NCBI GenBank assembly: GCA_031414775.1
Contig: JANOQI010000027.1
Span: forward strand, 1-32,668
Direction: 5' to 3'
Source: Synechococcales cyanobacterium VAR_4_metabat_354
GTDB taxonomy: Bacteria; Cyanobacteriota; Cyanobacteriia; Cyanobacteriales; Chamaesiphonaceae
Length of the DNA stretch: 32,668 nucleotides
Position numbers and translations under genes: made by a program. Positions 1-8,588 of this stretch are shown in pieces. The stretch's first letter is position 1; the number at the start of each line of letters is the position of its first letter. Below the pieces are notes generated by a model, which saw only the letters and a program-made list of their open reading frames with translations, was not told the origin of the DNA and searched no databases.

Positions 1-173
1 CAATACTCCGGACACATTTTGAGCGGTTTTTGGAGCGCAAGCCCTGATGCTCTCGTAGGCTCGATATTTATTTCAATGTCTGGATTATCCCAGACATTGA
101 AATAAATCCCAATTCCTGAATTAAAGGTGCTGAAAGCCTTGCAGCCTCGTCAAAAAAACTGTCCGGAGTATTG
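1..173. mobile_element. MITE-like element with 14-bp terminal inverted repeats and an internal 18-bp hairpin
   Basis: CAATACTCCGGACA (1-14) is the exact reverse complement of TGTCCGGAGTATTG (160-173). Internal perfect IR ATTTATTTCAATGTCTGG (66-83) / CCAGACATTGAAATAAAT (90-107). No ORF. The left flank is outside the window, so no TSD can be checked. Confidence 0.7.
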
Positions 174-188
174 ATGACAGTATGTACT

Positions 189-608
189 TTAATTGGCCTC
201 TAGCATGAGAGCGTGAAAACCTGCTTGCACAAAATGTCGATCACTAGTCATTGCATCAATTAAATTGTGTTGTTGCATAACGACAAAAGAAATACAGTCA
301 GTTAAACCCCAGAGTTTATCAGAACGAGAATTATAAAGTGATAGCGCTTGCATCATTAATTCTGTGCTAATGCTGACGACTTGGATATTTTCAGTGCTGT
401 AGCATAGCTGAATAAACTTTACTGCTCCTGGTCGATTGAAAGCGCTTAAAGCGTTACCGACTTCAACTAGTACCGCCTCTGTAATCCAGACTTTGTTTGC
501 AGAACGAACTCGCGGAAATAGCTTTTTCGCTTGATCATGAAAATCATCCCGAGGATTGAGGAGAGCTTGGATGAATGCAGTATCCAGAAACAATCGATCG
601 ATCGTCAT
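189..608 (-). CDS. vapC: PIN-domain (VapC-family) toxin
   Basis: N-terminal FLDTAF, TEAVLVE, LTDCISF and TSDRHF acidic PIN motifs; 139 aa; overlaps the upstream small gene by 4 bp. Confidence 0.85.
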   Translation of the reverse strand: MTIDRLFLDTAFIQALLNPRDDFHDQAKKLFPRVRSANKVWITEAVLVEVGNALSAFNRPGAVKFIQLCYSTENIQVVSISTELMMQALSLYNSRSDKLWGLTDCISFVVMQQHNLIDAMTSDRHFVQAGFHALMLEAN

Positions 609-844
609 GAATCAATTTCCTGATGCTTGGGTGAGCCATAGAGGTAGTGATCATGCTCGGATGACCAATCAGAGGGAGCTTCAATGGTACCTGTTAGAGA
701 CTCCAACACATCCCAAGCATTGCCAGCTGCTTGAAGATGATGCTGACGTAGTTCGACAACAAATTTTAGAACCTGTTGCTGCAAGTTATCCGGTAAATCA
801 TTCATCTCTTCTACGACTTCTGCGACGATCGAACTATTCATCAT
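605..844 (-). CDS. Putative antitoxin partner of the PIN toxin
   Basis: Small acidic protein ending DWSSEHDHYLYG, typical of antitoxins paired with PIN toxins. ATG at 844 is preceded by a GGAGGG RBS (848-853, minus). ATGA overlap with vapC. Confidence 0.75.
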   Translation of the reverse strand: MMNSSIVAEVVEEMNDLPDNLQQQVLKFVVELRQHHLQAAGNAWDVLESLTGTIEAPSDWSSEHDHYLYGSPKHQEIDS

Positions 845-966
845 GAACCCTCCCAAAATTTAAGAATTATTATTTAGAGAATGAGGATATGCGGTTATAA
901 ATATCCCTTATTTTACCCGAATAGACCTGAATAGACGTGTGAAGAGTCACCTAGCCACATATAATC

Positions 967-998
967 AAAACAGCCCCAACCAGTGAAGGCCGGGGCTG
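967..998 (-). terminator. Possible intrinsic terminator / stem-loop
   Basis: CAGCCCC (971-977) pairs with GGGGCTG (992-998), followed by TTTT on the minus strand; the loop is long (14 nt). Confidence 0.35.
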
Positions 999-1187
999 AG
1001 TCGATCGAAAGACTGCTTGCAACAGCGCGATCGAATCAAACAATAACTAACCAGAGGATACCATTTTGGGCGACAGACTCGAACAGTTTTTCAATTCCAT
1101 CATTTTCCCAAAAACGCTCATATGGGATAAGGTTGCGATAAAATTTAGTGCAAATCTCTACAATGCTTTCACAGAGCTAATAAAAAT

Positions 1188-1233
1188 AGGACTCATAAGC
1201 CTTCGGTCCCCAGTTCAAGTCTGGGTCGAGCCA
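1188..1233 (+). pseudogene. 3' half of a tRNA with CAT anticodon (tRNA-Met-like); probable att-site duplication
   Basis: AGGA-CTCATAA-GCCTT anticodon arm, CCCAG-TTCAAGT-CTGGG T-arm and TCGAGCCA acceptor 3' strand. No D-arm or GGCTCGA 5' strand upstream (the preceding sequence is AT-rich CTAATAAAAAT). Confidence 0.8.
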
Positions 1234-1238
1234 TAGAG

Positions 1239-1268
1239 AAAAAAGCTGCGAGCTTCGCAGCTTTTTTT
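1239..1268. terminator. Bidirectional intrinsic terminator
   Basis: AAAAAAGCTGCGA-GCT-TCGCAGCTTTTTT perfect stem with A/T tracts on both sides, between the tRNA fragment (+) and the convergent yciI-like gene (-). Confidence 0.85.
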
Positions 1269-1276
1269 GTTGAATC

Positions 1277-1546
1277 TTAAATCGCCTGAATCCATTCTTT
1301 GACGGTATATTCTGTCCAGATGCCGTTTTGCCAATAGGGGTCGGCTTCTACTAGCTGCTGTACCTGTTCGAGGCTTGCTGCTTCGTAGATACCAAATACT
1401 TGAGTTAGATCCTTTGTTGGCCCCAAGGTGACTAAGATTCCATCGGCTTTTTGCTGATTGAGACCGTCGAGGTGGGCTTGACGGTGAGGAGCGCGTTTTT
1501 CTAGAACGTCGGCGCAGTAGCTACCCCACATTACATATTTAGACAT
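1277..1546 (-). CDS. YciI family protein
   Basis: 89 aa; R..HR.AHL, GP and EADPYW..G motifs of YciI. Confidence 0.85.
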   Translation of the reverse strand: MSKYVMWGSYCADVLEKRAPHRQAHLDGLNQQKADGILVTLGPTKDLTQVFGIYEAASLEQVQQLVEADPYWQNGIWTEYTVKEWIQAI

Positions 1547-1581
1547 AATTAAGATTTTACAAAAAGACTAATAGAGCGACA

Positions 1582-3111
1582 TCATATCACCGTGACTGGT
1601 TCTGATACACCTAGTTCAACAGGCAGCTGTAGACCCGCTGTGACTAGTTGTGATTTTGTGGTGTCGGTTTGGTGTGGGAGAGCAATTAAGTTATCGATTC
1701 GGGGTAATAGCTCTTGCCATTGTTCGATCGATAACATCCCAACTGGTGATATTGCTAAATGTTCACTGATGTCTAGATCTTGTTCCATGAGTAAATTCAT
1801 GGAAATTCCGGCTAGGATTAGTTCTACTTGTTCTAAGCTCTCGGCGCTATTAACATCTAGCAGCAAAGCGGTAGAATCTAGATCTGGGGCTTGAATAATT
1901 TGTCCGATCACATGGGCTAATTCCTCACTCAGAAGTTCTTCATCGATCGACCAATCGGGGAACATCAAAAAATTATTCTCTTGCAAGGGCAACGATGATA
2001 CAGAATCGGACTGGAAGCTACCTAAAATGTCACCAACTTGCTGAGCCATCTTCGCCCAAGAAAACTGTTGAGATTGAACTAAACCTTTGTTGATTAAGGT
2101 TTGGCGCACACTCGGTTTCTGGATTTCGCATAAGGCATCAACCATGCCAGGCACATCTTCATCTTGTACGTAAAGTGCGGCATCTTTGGCGACTTCGGGT
2201 AAGGATGATGTGGGACAAGTAATCACCGGACAGCCACAGGCTAGAGCTTCGACGATCGGTAGTCCAAATCCTTCGTATTTGGAAGGATAGACTAGAGCGA
2301 CGGCTCCAGCGTAGGCCAAGCGCAATCCTTCATCGTTTAAGCGCAGGTGATGAACAGTGCTGCCTTGGGTAAATTGACGATACTCGTCTGGGATATCGGA
2401 GGTGCAGACAATGTCAAAGGCAGCACTGTTGATGAGTTGGGCAAATGCTTGGAAAAAGAGAACTGTATTTTTGTAGCTACCATGCCCACCAGTAATCAAA
2501 AAATATGGCTTTTGAATCCCATATCTAAACTTAAAATCATAGATCTCAGCAGAGGATGCTGGGGTAAATTTATCGCTGACTCCACAGTAAGTGACAGTTA
2601 CCTGGCTGGAATCAACACTGGGATAGAAACGCAGCAAGTCTTGAGCCGAATTTTCTGAAATGGAAGTGTAGGCTGATGCTTGTTCGATCGCCTGAACTTT
2701 ACCGCGCCAACCAGGATCTTCCAGGTTCCAACCCATGACTTCTGGGATCATGTCATAGATCATCAGTATTGATGGCGTGGAAATAGGGGTGGTGTAGTAG
2801 GTAGAGGTAAATACGTCGGCACCTTCTTCGTCACAGATTTGTTGGAGCATCTGTCGATCAGCAGCTAAATTATTGACATCAAAGGCCGGAGTTTGCCGAT
2901 ATCGGATGCCTGGTATTTGGGGGGCGGTGTTGGATCGATCGAGGACGATAATATTTTCACTAAAATTCGTTGTGCTCCATTCTTCTAGTAGCGATTTCCA
3001 GACCCGAGCAATTCCTGTTTGGTAGAGTTGGAAAAATACACCATCGACTATTATTGTTCGTGTTGCTCTTTGGCTCTGGTTAGCCGTTGGTTGTGAAAGT
3101 TGATGCCACAT
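1582..3111 (-). CDS. GT4 (Glycos_transf_1) glycosyltransferase with a C-terminal extension
   Basis: TGIARVW, IYDMIPE, YKN and [23 protein letters not shown] (EX7E motif); about 140-aa extra C-terminal domain (FPDW...). Confidence 0.85.
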   Translation of the reverse strand: MWHQLSQPTANQSQRATRTIIVDGVFFQLYQTGIARVWKSLLEEWSTTNFSENIIVLDRSNTAPQIPGIRYRQTPAFDVNNLAADRQMLQQICDEEGADVFTSTYYTTPISTPSILMIYDMIPEVMGWNLEDPGWRGKVQAIEQASAYTSISENSAQDLLRFYPSVDSSQVTVTYCGVSDKFTPASSAEIYDFKFRYGIQKPYFLITGGHGSYKNTVLFFQAFAQLINSAAFDIVCTSDIPDEYRQFTQGSTVHHLRLNDEGLRLAYAGAVALVYPSKYEGFGLPIVEALACGCPVITCPTSSLPEVAKDAALYVQDEDVPGMVDALCEIQKPSVRQTLINKGLVQSQQFSWAKMAQQVGDILGSFQSDSVSSLPLQENNFLMFPDWSIDEELLSEELAHVIGQIIQAPDLDSTALLLDVNSAESLEQVELILAGISMNLLMEQDLDISEHLAISPVGMLSIEQWQELLPRIDNLIALPHQTDTTKSQLVTAGLQLPVELGVSEPVTVI

Positions 3112-3342
3112 AGAATTTATGATGTGATAGTACTGGCGATCTGATCACTGCGCTCACACAGTATTAAAAACCGACTCAATGTATTATTCCCACAACCACT
3201 GGATGGGTAACCTCATCTAAAAATATGGAAAAAATTCCTAAAATGCCAGCCTTTTGATAGATTTTCAACTATTTTATTTACGCTATTAATTTTTGTTTGA
3301 AATAGGGCATCTTAGTGATTAGGGTGTTTAATTCATAAATAT

Positions 3343-4209
3343 ATGTACAAATATTATCTTGTTGGCCGTCACTGTATCCGTTTACCCCAAGATCACGCAC
3401 TGGATCGCTATCAAGCTCAATGGAAGCGTTATGACACTAGCCTGGGATATATTGCTAGAGAAGTATTTCAGAAATATCCTAATTCTTCTAGCATTGATAT
3501 TGGTGCTAATGTTGGTGATACGGCAGCTTTGATTCAGAAACACCAAGATGTACCAGTTCTTTGTATTGAAGGAAACCCAGAGTTTCTAGAATATTTGGAT
3601 TTTAATGCTTCAATTATAGGTAATATTATAAATGAGCAGTGTTTTGTCGGTGAAGATGGTGCTGTAGTTAACCTAGACAATATGTCCAGCCAGAATGGAA
3701 CTGCATCGATCGTCAATGCCGTAAGTTCAGACACGATAGTGCTAGAAAAACCAATTCAATCTAGCACTTCTCAAATTGTCAAAAGTCTGTCTAACATTTT
3801 AAAAAAACATAGTAGTTTTCAAAATGCCAAGCTGTTAAAAACTGATACTGATGGCTATGATTTTATAATTATTCAGCAATCGATCGATGTTATATCCAAA
3901 CTGCGCGCGGTAATTCATTTTGAATACGATGTTTGTTTTAAAAATGAAGGGTGTCAAGAAGCATTAGATACTATTGAAATGCTCTTTGCTAGCGGCTACG
4001 ATCGATTTATCATATATGATAATTTTGGCAATTATCTAATTAGCTTTTCCAGCCCCAATTTAGAAAATTTTGTTGATTTAAACTCTTACTTAGTCTCCAA
4101 TCGCATCAAAAGCGGCACTCCAGCAGTGTATTACCTAGATATTTGTGCTTTCACCAATGAAGATAGTGATTTATTTGAGAAAATTAGAAAAATTGAGACT
4201 ACAATGTAA
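3343..4209 (+). CDS. FkbM family methyltransferase
   Basis: IDIGANVGD SAM motif, IEG, and LLKTDTDGYD (variant of KIDVEG); AT-rich gene among glycan biosynthesis genes. Confidence 0.8.
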   Translation: MYKYYLVGRHCIRLPQDHALDRYQAQWKRYDTSLGYIAREVFQKYPNSSSIDIGANVGDTAALIQKHQDVPVLCIEGNPEFLEYLDFNASIIGNIINEQCFVGEDGAVVNLDNMSSQNGTASIVNAVSSDTIVLEKPIQSSTSQIVKSLSNILKKHSSFQNAKLLKTDTDGYDFIIIQQSIDVISKLRAVIHFEYDVCFKNEGCQEALDTIEMLFASGYDRFIIYDNFGNYLISFSSPNLENFVDLNSYLVSNRIKSGTPAVYYLDICAFTNEDSDLFEKIRKIETTM

Positions 4210-4385
4210 TACATTCGTTGAAATCTTTAATTGAACCGACTTTTTGGAAATTTTTCAACCATGGTCTGACCTTGCTAGTTTTCATATAAATAAGGGAACG
4301 CTAACGGGCACATCCATATAGCTCAGATATCAAAGCTAATGAGTTATAATTCTTATATTAGTCCTTTGGCGGCTCTCCACATCCC

Positions 4386-5387
4386 ATGAAAAATGCACTA
4401 ATCACCGGTCTGACCGGACAAGACGGCTCTTACTTGGCCGAACTGCTACTCGCCAAAGGATATCGAGTATTTGGCCTGGTACGTCGATCGAGCGGCAGTA
4501 ATTTAAGCCGAATTAGCCACCTCAGTGATCGAATTCAACTCCTCTCCGGCGACCTCCTCGATCAAACCTCTCTGATGGATGCCATCACCGTCGCCCAGCC
4601 CGATGAAGTATATAACCTCGCCTCCCAGAGCTATATTCCCACCTCTTGGGCACAACCAGGTTTAACCGCTGAATACACTGCTCTCGGCGTATCCCGGCTT
4701 CTCGAAGCTATTCGTCGCTGTCAGCCCGATGCCAGATTTTACCAAGCTTCCACTAGTGAAGTTTTTGGTGAACCAGATGTTTCGCCTCAAGACGAAAGAA
4801 CCGCTTTCCGGCCTCGCAACCCCTATGGTGCCGCCAAAGCCTACGCCCATTGGATGACCGTCAACTATCGGCAGCAATATAATCTCTATGCCTGTTGCGG
4901 CATTACCTACACCCATGAATCACCGCGCCGTAGTGCTGAATTTGTCTTTCGGAAAATTACACAGACTGTCGCTAAAATCAAACTAGGATTAGCCAACGAA
5001 CTCCGCCTTGGTAACCTAGATACCCATCGAGATTGGTGCTACGCCAAAGATGTAGTGGCAGCGATGTGGTTAATGTTACAACAAGAGCAACCAGATGACT
5101 ACATTATTGCTAGTGGCCAAACCCATTCGGTGCGTGAGTTAGTCGCCTATGCCTTTGATTATGTGGGCTTGAATTGGCAAGACTATGTAGTTATCGATCC
5201 CCAGTTTTATCGCCCAGATGAGGCCGTGCAACTTGTTGGTAATACCAACAAAATTCGTGAAAAGCTATCTTGGCAACCGGAATACTCTTTTCAACAGCTC
5301 GTTGATTTAATGTTGGAGAAAGACTTGCAGGAATTAAGTGAAAATAACATCAATCCGCAGGTTCACTTGATTTCTAGTCTCAACTAA
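4386..5387 (+). CDS. gmd: GDP-mannose 4,6-dehydratase
   Basis: ALITGLTGQDGSYLAELLL, YNLASQS, FYQASTSEVFG, PYGAAK, HESPRR and LGNLD..RDW. Confidence 0.9.
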   Translation: MKNALITGLTGQDGSYLAELLLAKGYRVFGLVRRSSGSNLSRISHLSDRIQLLSGDLLDQTSLMDAITVAQPDEVYNLASQSYIPTSWAQPGLTAEYTALGVSRLLEAIRRCQPDARFYQASTSEVFGEPDVSPQDERTAFRPRNPYGAAKAYAHWMTVNYRQQYNLYACCGITYTHESPRRSAEFVFRKITQTVAKIKLGLANELRLGNLDTHRDWCYAKDVVAAMWLMLQQEQPDDYIIASGQTHSVRELVAYAFDYVGLNWQDYVVIDPQFYRPDEAVQLVGNTNKIREKLSWQPEYSFQQLVDLMLEKDLQELSENNINPQVHLISSLN

Positions 5388-5441
5388 TTCGGAAGTGTGT
5401 TACTTTTTTGTCAGCAATGCTATTTATCAAAAACTTGCTGT

Positions 5442-6224
5442 ATGAAATGGAACCCGGCGGACTATGCTCAAAGTTCTGATGCTCAATTGAAATGGGCGCA
5501 AGAACTCCAGGCCAACTTGCACCTGTCAGCTCACGAATCGATTTTAGATGTGGGTTGTGGTGATGGCAAAATTAGTGCCAACTTTGCGCAGTTGGTACCT
5601 GATGGTCGAGTAGTAGCGATCGATAGTTCCCCAGAGATGATTGAGTATGCGATCGATACCTATCCATCATCTCAATACCCCAATTTGTCTTTTACCTGTG
5701 TCAGTGCGCAGCATCTTACTTTTGAGCAAGAGTTTGACCTGATATTTTCTAACGCGGTTCTACACTGGGTAGATGACCATCCAGCTTTCTTGGCTGGTGC
5801 CCGACGAGCGCTACGGAGCGGCGGTCGATTAATTATTTCTTGTGGGGGAGCAGGGAATGCGATCGATGTTCTGCAAGTTTTCTCGGAACTGGTGGTGAGC
5901 CAACCGTGGCAGCAGTATTTTAATGGCTTTGTCAATCCCTTCTTTTTTTATGAGAGTACTGATTATCAAAAGTGGTTGCTATCTGAGGGCTTTACGGTGA
6001 ATCGTTTAGAGCTAATACCCAAAGACATGACCCATCGGAGTCGGGAAGAATTTACGGCCTGGATTCGTACTGCCTGGCTGCCTTTTACCAGCAAAGTCCC
6101 GGCGGGTGAACAATTGCAATTTATCGATGAATTTGTTGATCGCTATTTGGCGCTAGTGCCGATCGATCCGCAAGGCCGCACACATGTGCGGATGGTGCGG
6201 CTGGAAGTTGATGCTACCCATTAA
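5442..6224 (+). CDS. Class I SAM-dependent methyltransferase (trans-aconitate methyltransferase-like)
   Basis: MKWNPADY start, ILDVGCGDG, IDSSPEMI, FDLIFSNAVLHWV and VRLEV. ATG 5442 is preferred over the GTG at 5397. Confidence 0.8.
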   Translation: MKWNPADYAQSSDAQLKWAQELQANLHLSAHESILDVGCGDGKISANFAQLVPDGRVVAIDSSPEMIEYAIDTYPSSQYPNLSFTCVSAQHLTFEQEFDLIFSNAVLHWVDDHPAFLAGARRALRSGGRLIISCGGAGNAIDVLQVFSELVVSQPWQQYFNGFVNPFFFYESTDYQKWLLSEGFTVNRLELIPKDMTHRSREEFTAWIRTAWLPFTSKVPAGEQLQFIDEFVDRYLALVPIDPQGRTHVRMVRLEVDATH

Positions 6225-6840
6225 TCCCTCCGAGGTAAGACAGTAAGAGGTCAGATACCTCTTGGGCAAATTGGCCATCTTGCACAAAATCAGGATGCTC
6301 AATAACGGCGGAGTGACATAATGACTCTACCGTACAACTCAGAATGAAAACCGTCATTTCTAAATTTTGGGGTTGAATAAGATCGCTCCAGTGAGTTAGA
6401 TATGCTCGTAATAATTTGGTGATGCGCTCATTAGCCTGTTGTATTTGTGGCGATCGCTCGGAGCGGGGAATTTCTTCACTGAGTACTTGATGGAGTTTTG
6501 GATCGATCGCATGGGCAGCAATAACTACTTTTACTAAGGCCGGGATCGCTATTGCTGGCGGCGAGTCAAACAAATGATTCAGGTTAGTTTCCGCTAGCTC
6601 AGCCATTTGTTGCGCGTGCTGTTCTATTAATGCCGTCATTAATGCCTCTTTATTAGGAAAGTATTGATACAAGGAACCCACGCTAATCCCAGCTCGTTCG
6701 GCAATGTGATTGGTATTGGCTTTGTCGTAACCTTCCTCGATCAAAATATGAGTAGTTGCTTCTAAAATAGCTTCAACTGTCAGGCGCGATCGATCTTGTT
6801 GGGGTAGTTTGCGGGGCTTGGCGGAACGGGGACGGGGCAT
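6214..6840 (-). CDS. TetR/AcrR family transcriptional regulator
   Basis: PQQDRSRLTVEAILEA...TNHIAERAGISVGSLYQYFPNKEAL helix-turn-helix; ATG at 6840. Confidence 0.9.
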   Translation of the reverse strand: MPRPRSAKPRKLPQQDRSRLTVEAILEATTHILIEEGYDKANTNHIAERAGISVGSLYQYFPNKEALMTALIEQHAQQMAELAETNLNHLFDSPPAIAIPALVKVVIAAHAIDPKLHQVLSEEIPRSERSPQIQQANERITKLLRAYLTHWSDLIQPQNLEMTVFILSCTVESLCHSAVIEHPDFVQDGQFAQEVSDLLLSYLGGING

Positions 6841-6869
6841 AAAATATCTCAAATAAAAGCGAGTTGGCA

Positions 6870-6910
6870 ATCTAAGTAATTACTCGTATGATATGAGTAA
6901 TTACTTAGAT
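6870..6910. promoter_or_regulatory. Putative TetR double operator overlapping divergent promoters
   Basis: Perfect 16-bp IR ATCTAAGTAATTACTC (6870-6885) / GAGTAATTACTTAGAT (6895-6910). Each arm contains the palindrome AGTAATTACT, and the spacer contains the -10-like TATGAT. Confidence 0.75.
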
Positions 6911-6931
6911 ATTATCCTAAACTTGCTTGAT

Positions 6932-7510
6932 ATGGACGATTTGAAGCACCTCAACGAACCCTCAGCGATTCCTGCAATCTTTTCTGACACTCATGCTGCT
7001 GGTTTTAACATGCCCTCTGAGCCACTAGCCGGTGCGTTATTGCGCGTCTTGGCAGCATCGAAACCCAGTGGTCATTTTTTAGAACTTGGTTCGGGTACTG
7101 GCTTGTCTACCGCCTGGATTCTGGATGGCATGAATTCTACTGCTCATTTAACAACGATCGATCTCGAAGAAAATTTGCTAGCAATCCTAAACAAACATTT
7201 AGGCGATGATCAACGATTAACAGTGATTTGTGGTGATGGTGATGAATTTTTACAATCACCTCCGAGACAACAATTCGACTTTATTTTTGCTGATACCTGG
7301 GCAGGAAAGTATCGATTATTGGATGAGGCGTTGGCATTGCTGAAGCCTGGTGGTATTTACGTGATCGATGATATGTTGCCCCAGCCGAACTGGCCAGAGG
7401 GACATGACTTGAAAGCCGCTGGTCTGATTGCGACTCTAGAGCAACGTAGTGATCTGCGTATTGTAAAAATGTCTTGGGCGAGTGGGATGATCATCGTCAT
7501 CAAGCTTTGA
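6932..7510 (+). CDS. O-methyltransferase-like SAM-dependent methyltransferase
   Basis: G.LLRVLAASKP, FLELGSGTGLST, FDFIFADTW and LLKPGGIYVIDD. ATG 6932 is preferred because ATG 6893 lies inside the operator. Confidence 0.8.
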   Translation: MDDLKHLNEPSAIPAIFSDTHAAGFNMPSEPLAGALLRVLAASKPSGHFLELGSGTGLSTAWILDGMNSTAHLTTIDLEENLLAILNKHLGDDQRLTVICGDGDEFLQSPPRQQFDFIFADTWAGKYRLLDEALALLKPGGIYVIDDMLPQPNWPEGHDLKAAGLIATLEQRSDLRIVKMSWASGMIIVIKL

Positions 7511-7550
7511 TTCATGTTTTTAACGATTATTTTTCTGGAGGTCACACCTG

Positions 7551-7916
7551 ATGAAATCATCTCAATACCGCGTTTTTGTTTGTACGAAGCAACGTTCGTC
7601 TCGTGATATGGAAGGCTGTTGTCATAACATGGGAGCGCTGGACATCTATCAAACCTTTGTCGCTGAAATTGCCCAACGGCAATTAGGGGATCAAGTTCAA
7701 GTTTATCGATCGGGCTGTCTAGATCATTGTGCAGCTGGGGCAGTAGCTATGGTTTATCAACCGCAGCGAGGTGATTTTTCTTGGCTACCAGCTAAGTTAC
7801 GGCTAAAACTCCAAAAACTGTTATTTCCCAATCGTCATTTATATGGCCATCTAACTTGTAACGATATTCCATTGATTATAGATAGTCATTTTATTAATGG
7901 GCAGCCGCTGCAATGA
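7551..7916 (+). CDS. Thioredoxin-like [2Fe-2S] ferredoxin
   Basis: VFVCT.....CC, SGCLDHC..G, LYGHL and IIDSHF..G pattern; GGAGG RBS upstream. Confidence 0.8.
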   Translation: MKSSQYRVFVCTKQRSSRDMEGCCHNMGALDIYQTFVAEIAQRQLGDQVQVYRSGCLDHCAAGAVAMVYQPQRGDFSWLPAKLRLKLQKLLFPNRHLYGHLTCNDIPLIIDSHFINGQPLQ

Positions 7917-7956
7917 TGTCAGATATTTACCACCACTAAATAATTAAAGAGGATTT

Positions 7957-8310
7957 ATGACTAAAACACAAGAGTTAAATCAGGTCTATTTCATGCTACT
8001 AAAAACTACTACAACTTGGTTGCAAATTCCAACCAAAGGGCGTTTTGAGTTTCTGGCTGAGACGATCGCGCCAATCCTAAAAAAATACCCCGCTGTGAAA
8101 ATGCGGTTTTTTGATTCTGAAGCCTTTTCCGGACACTTCACCGATGTGCTGATGTGGGAAACAGCGATTGTGAAAGATTATCAGTTTTTAGTGGAGGAGC
8201 TACGTGAAACGTTGTTTTGGGGAACATATTTTGAAATTGTAGAGATTGTGCCTGCGATCGAGAATGCTTATGCCCTTTATAATGGTGTCAGTCCGCTTTC
8301 TGGATCTTAG
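7957..8310 (+). CDS. Darcynin-like protein (function unknown)
   Basis: FMLLKT...WL...R, MRFFDSEAF, DVLMWET, Y...VEELR..LF...YFE and IENAY resemble the darcynin family; AGGA RBS. Confidence 0.65.
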   Translation: MTKTQELNQVYFMLLKTTTTWLQIPTKGRFEFLAETIAPILKKYPAVKMRFFDSEAFSGHFTDVLMWETAIVKDYQFLVEELRETLFWGTYFEIVEIVPAIENAYALYNGVSPLSGS

Positions 8311-8425
8311 TAGGGTGAATGATGAAGATCTGTATTCTGACTTTTCTCATTATCTCTTTAAAATAAAAATTTGGTGCCAATCGAAAAATGATATATATCT
8401 AAAGTCAGTGGCCAGCATCTTAAAA

Positions 8426-8572
8426 ATCAATGATATGCTGCCCCAGTCTAACTGGCCGGAGGGACATAACTTAAAAGCCGATCACCTAATTGCCACTCTC
8501 GAACAACGCCGCGATCTTCGCATTGTAAAAATATCTTGGGCGAGTGGCATTATTCTAGCCACGAAAATCTAA
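8426..8572 (+). pseudogene. Diverged duplicate of the last 48 codons of the methyltransferase at 6932-7510
   Basis: INDMLPQSNWPEGHNLKA...WASGIILATKI* aligns without gaps to IDDMLPQPNWPEGHDLKA...WASGMIIVIKL* (7364-7510); both are 147 nt. Confidence 0.85.
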
Positions 8573-8588
8573 TCTGTCCTTTGAGGAT

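Noticed and set aside
1067..1084. TGGGCGACAGACTCGAAC is loosely complementary to the tRNA fragment T-arm/acceptor (1213-1233); considered as a CAST-type homing spacer or antisense element
   Set aside because: The match needs gaps and mismatches, and there is no CRISPR repeat, cas12k or tns gene nearby. It cannot be distinguished from chance.
1040..1233. Intact, intron-containing or permuted tRNA-Met
   Set aside because: I found no 5' acceptor strand (GGCTCGA) or D-arm in the window. The anticodon loop is uninterrupted, so a group I intron at the usual anticodon-loop position does not fit.
8246..8572. 108-aa ORF as a functional gene
   Set aside because: The GTG start lies inside the darcynin-like gene and the N-terminal half looks non-coding. 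Only the last 48 codons have homology (gene remnant).
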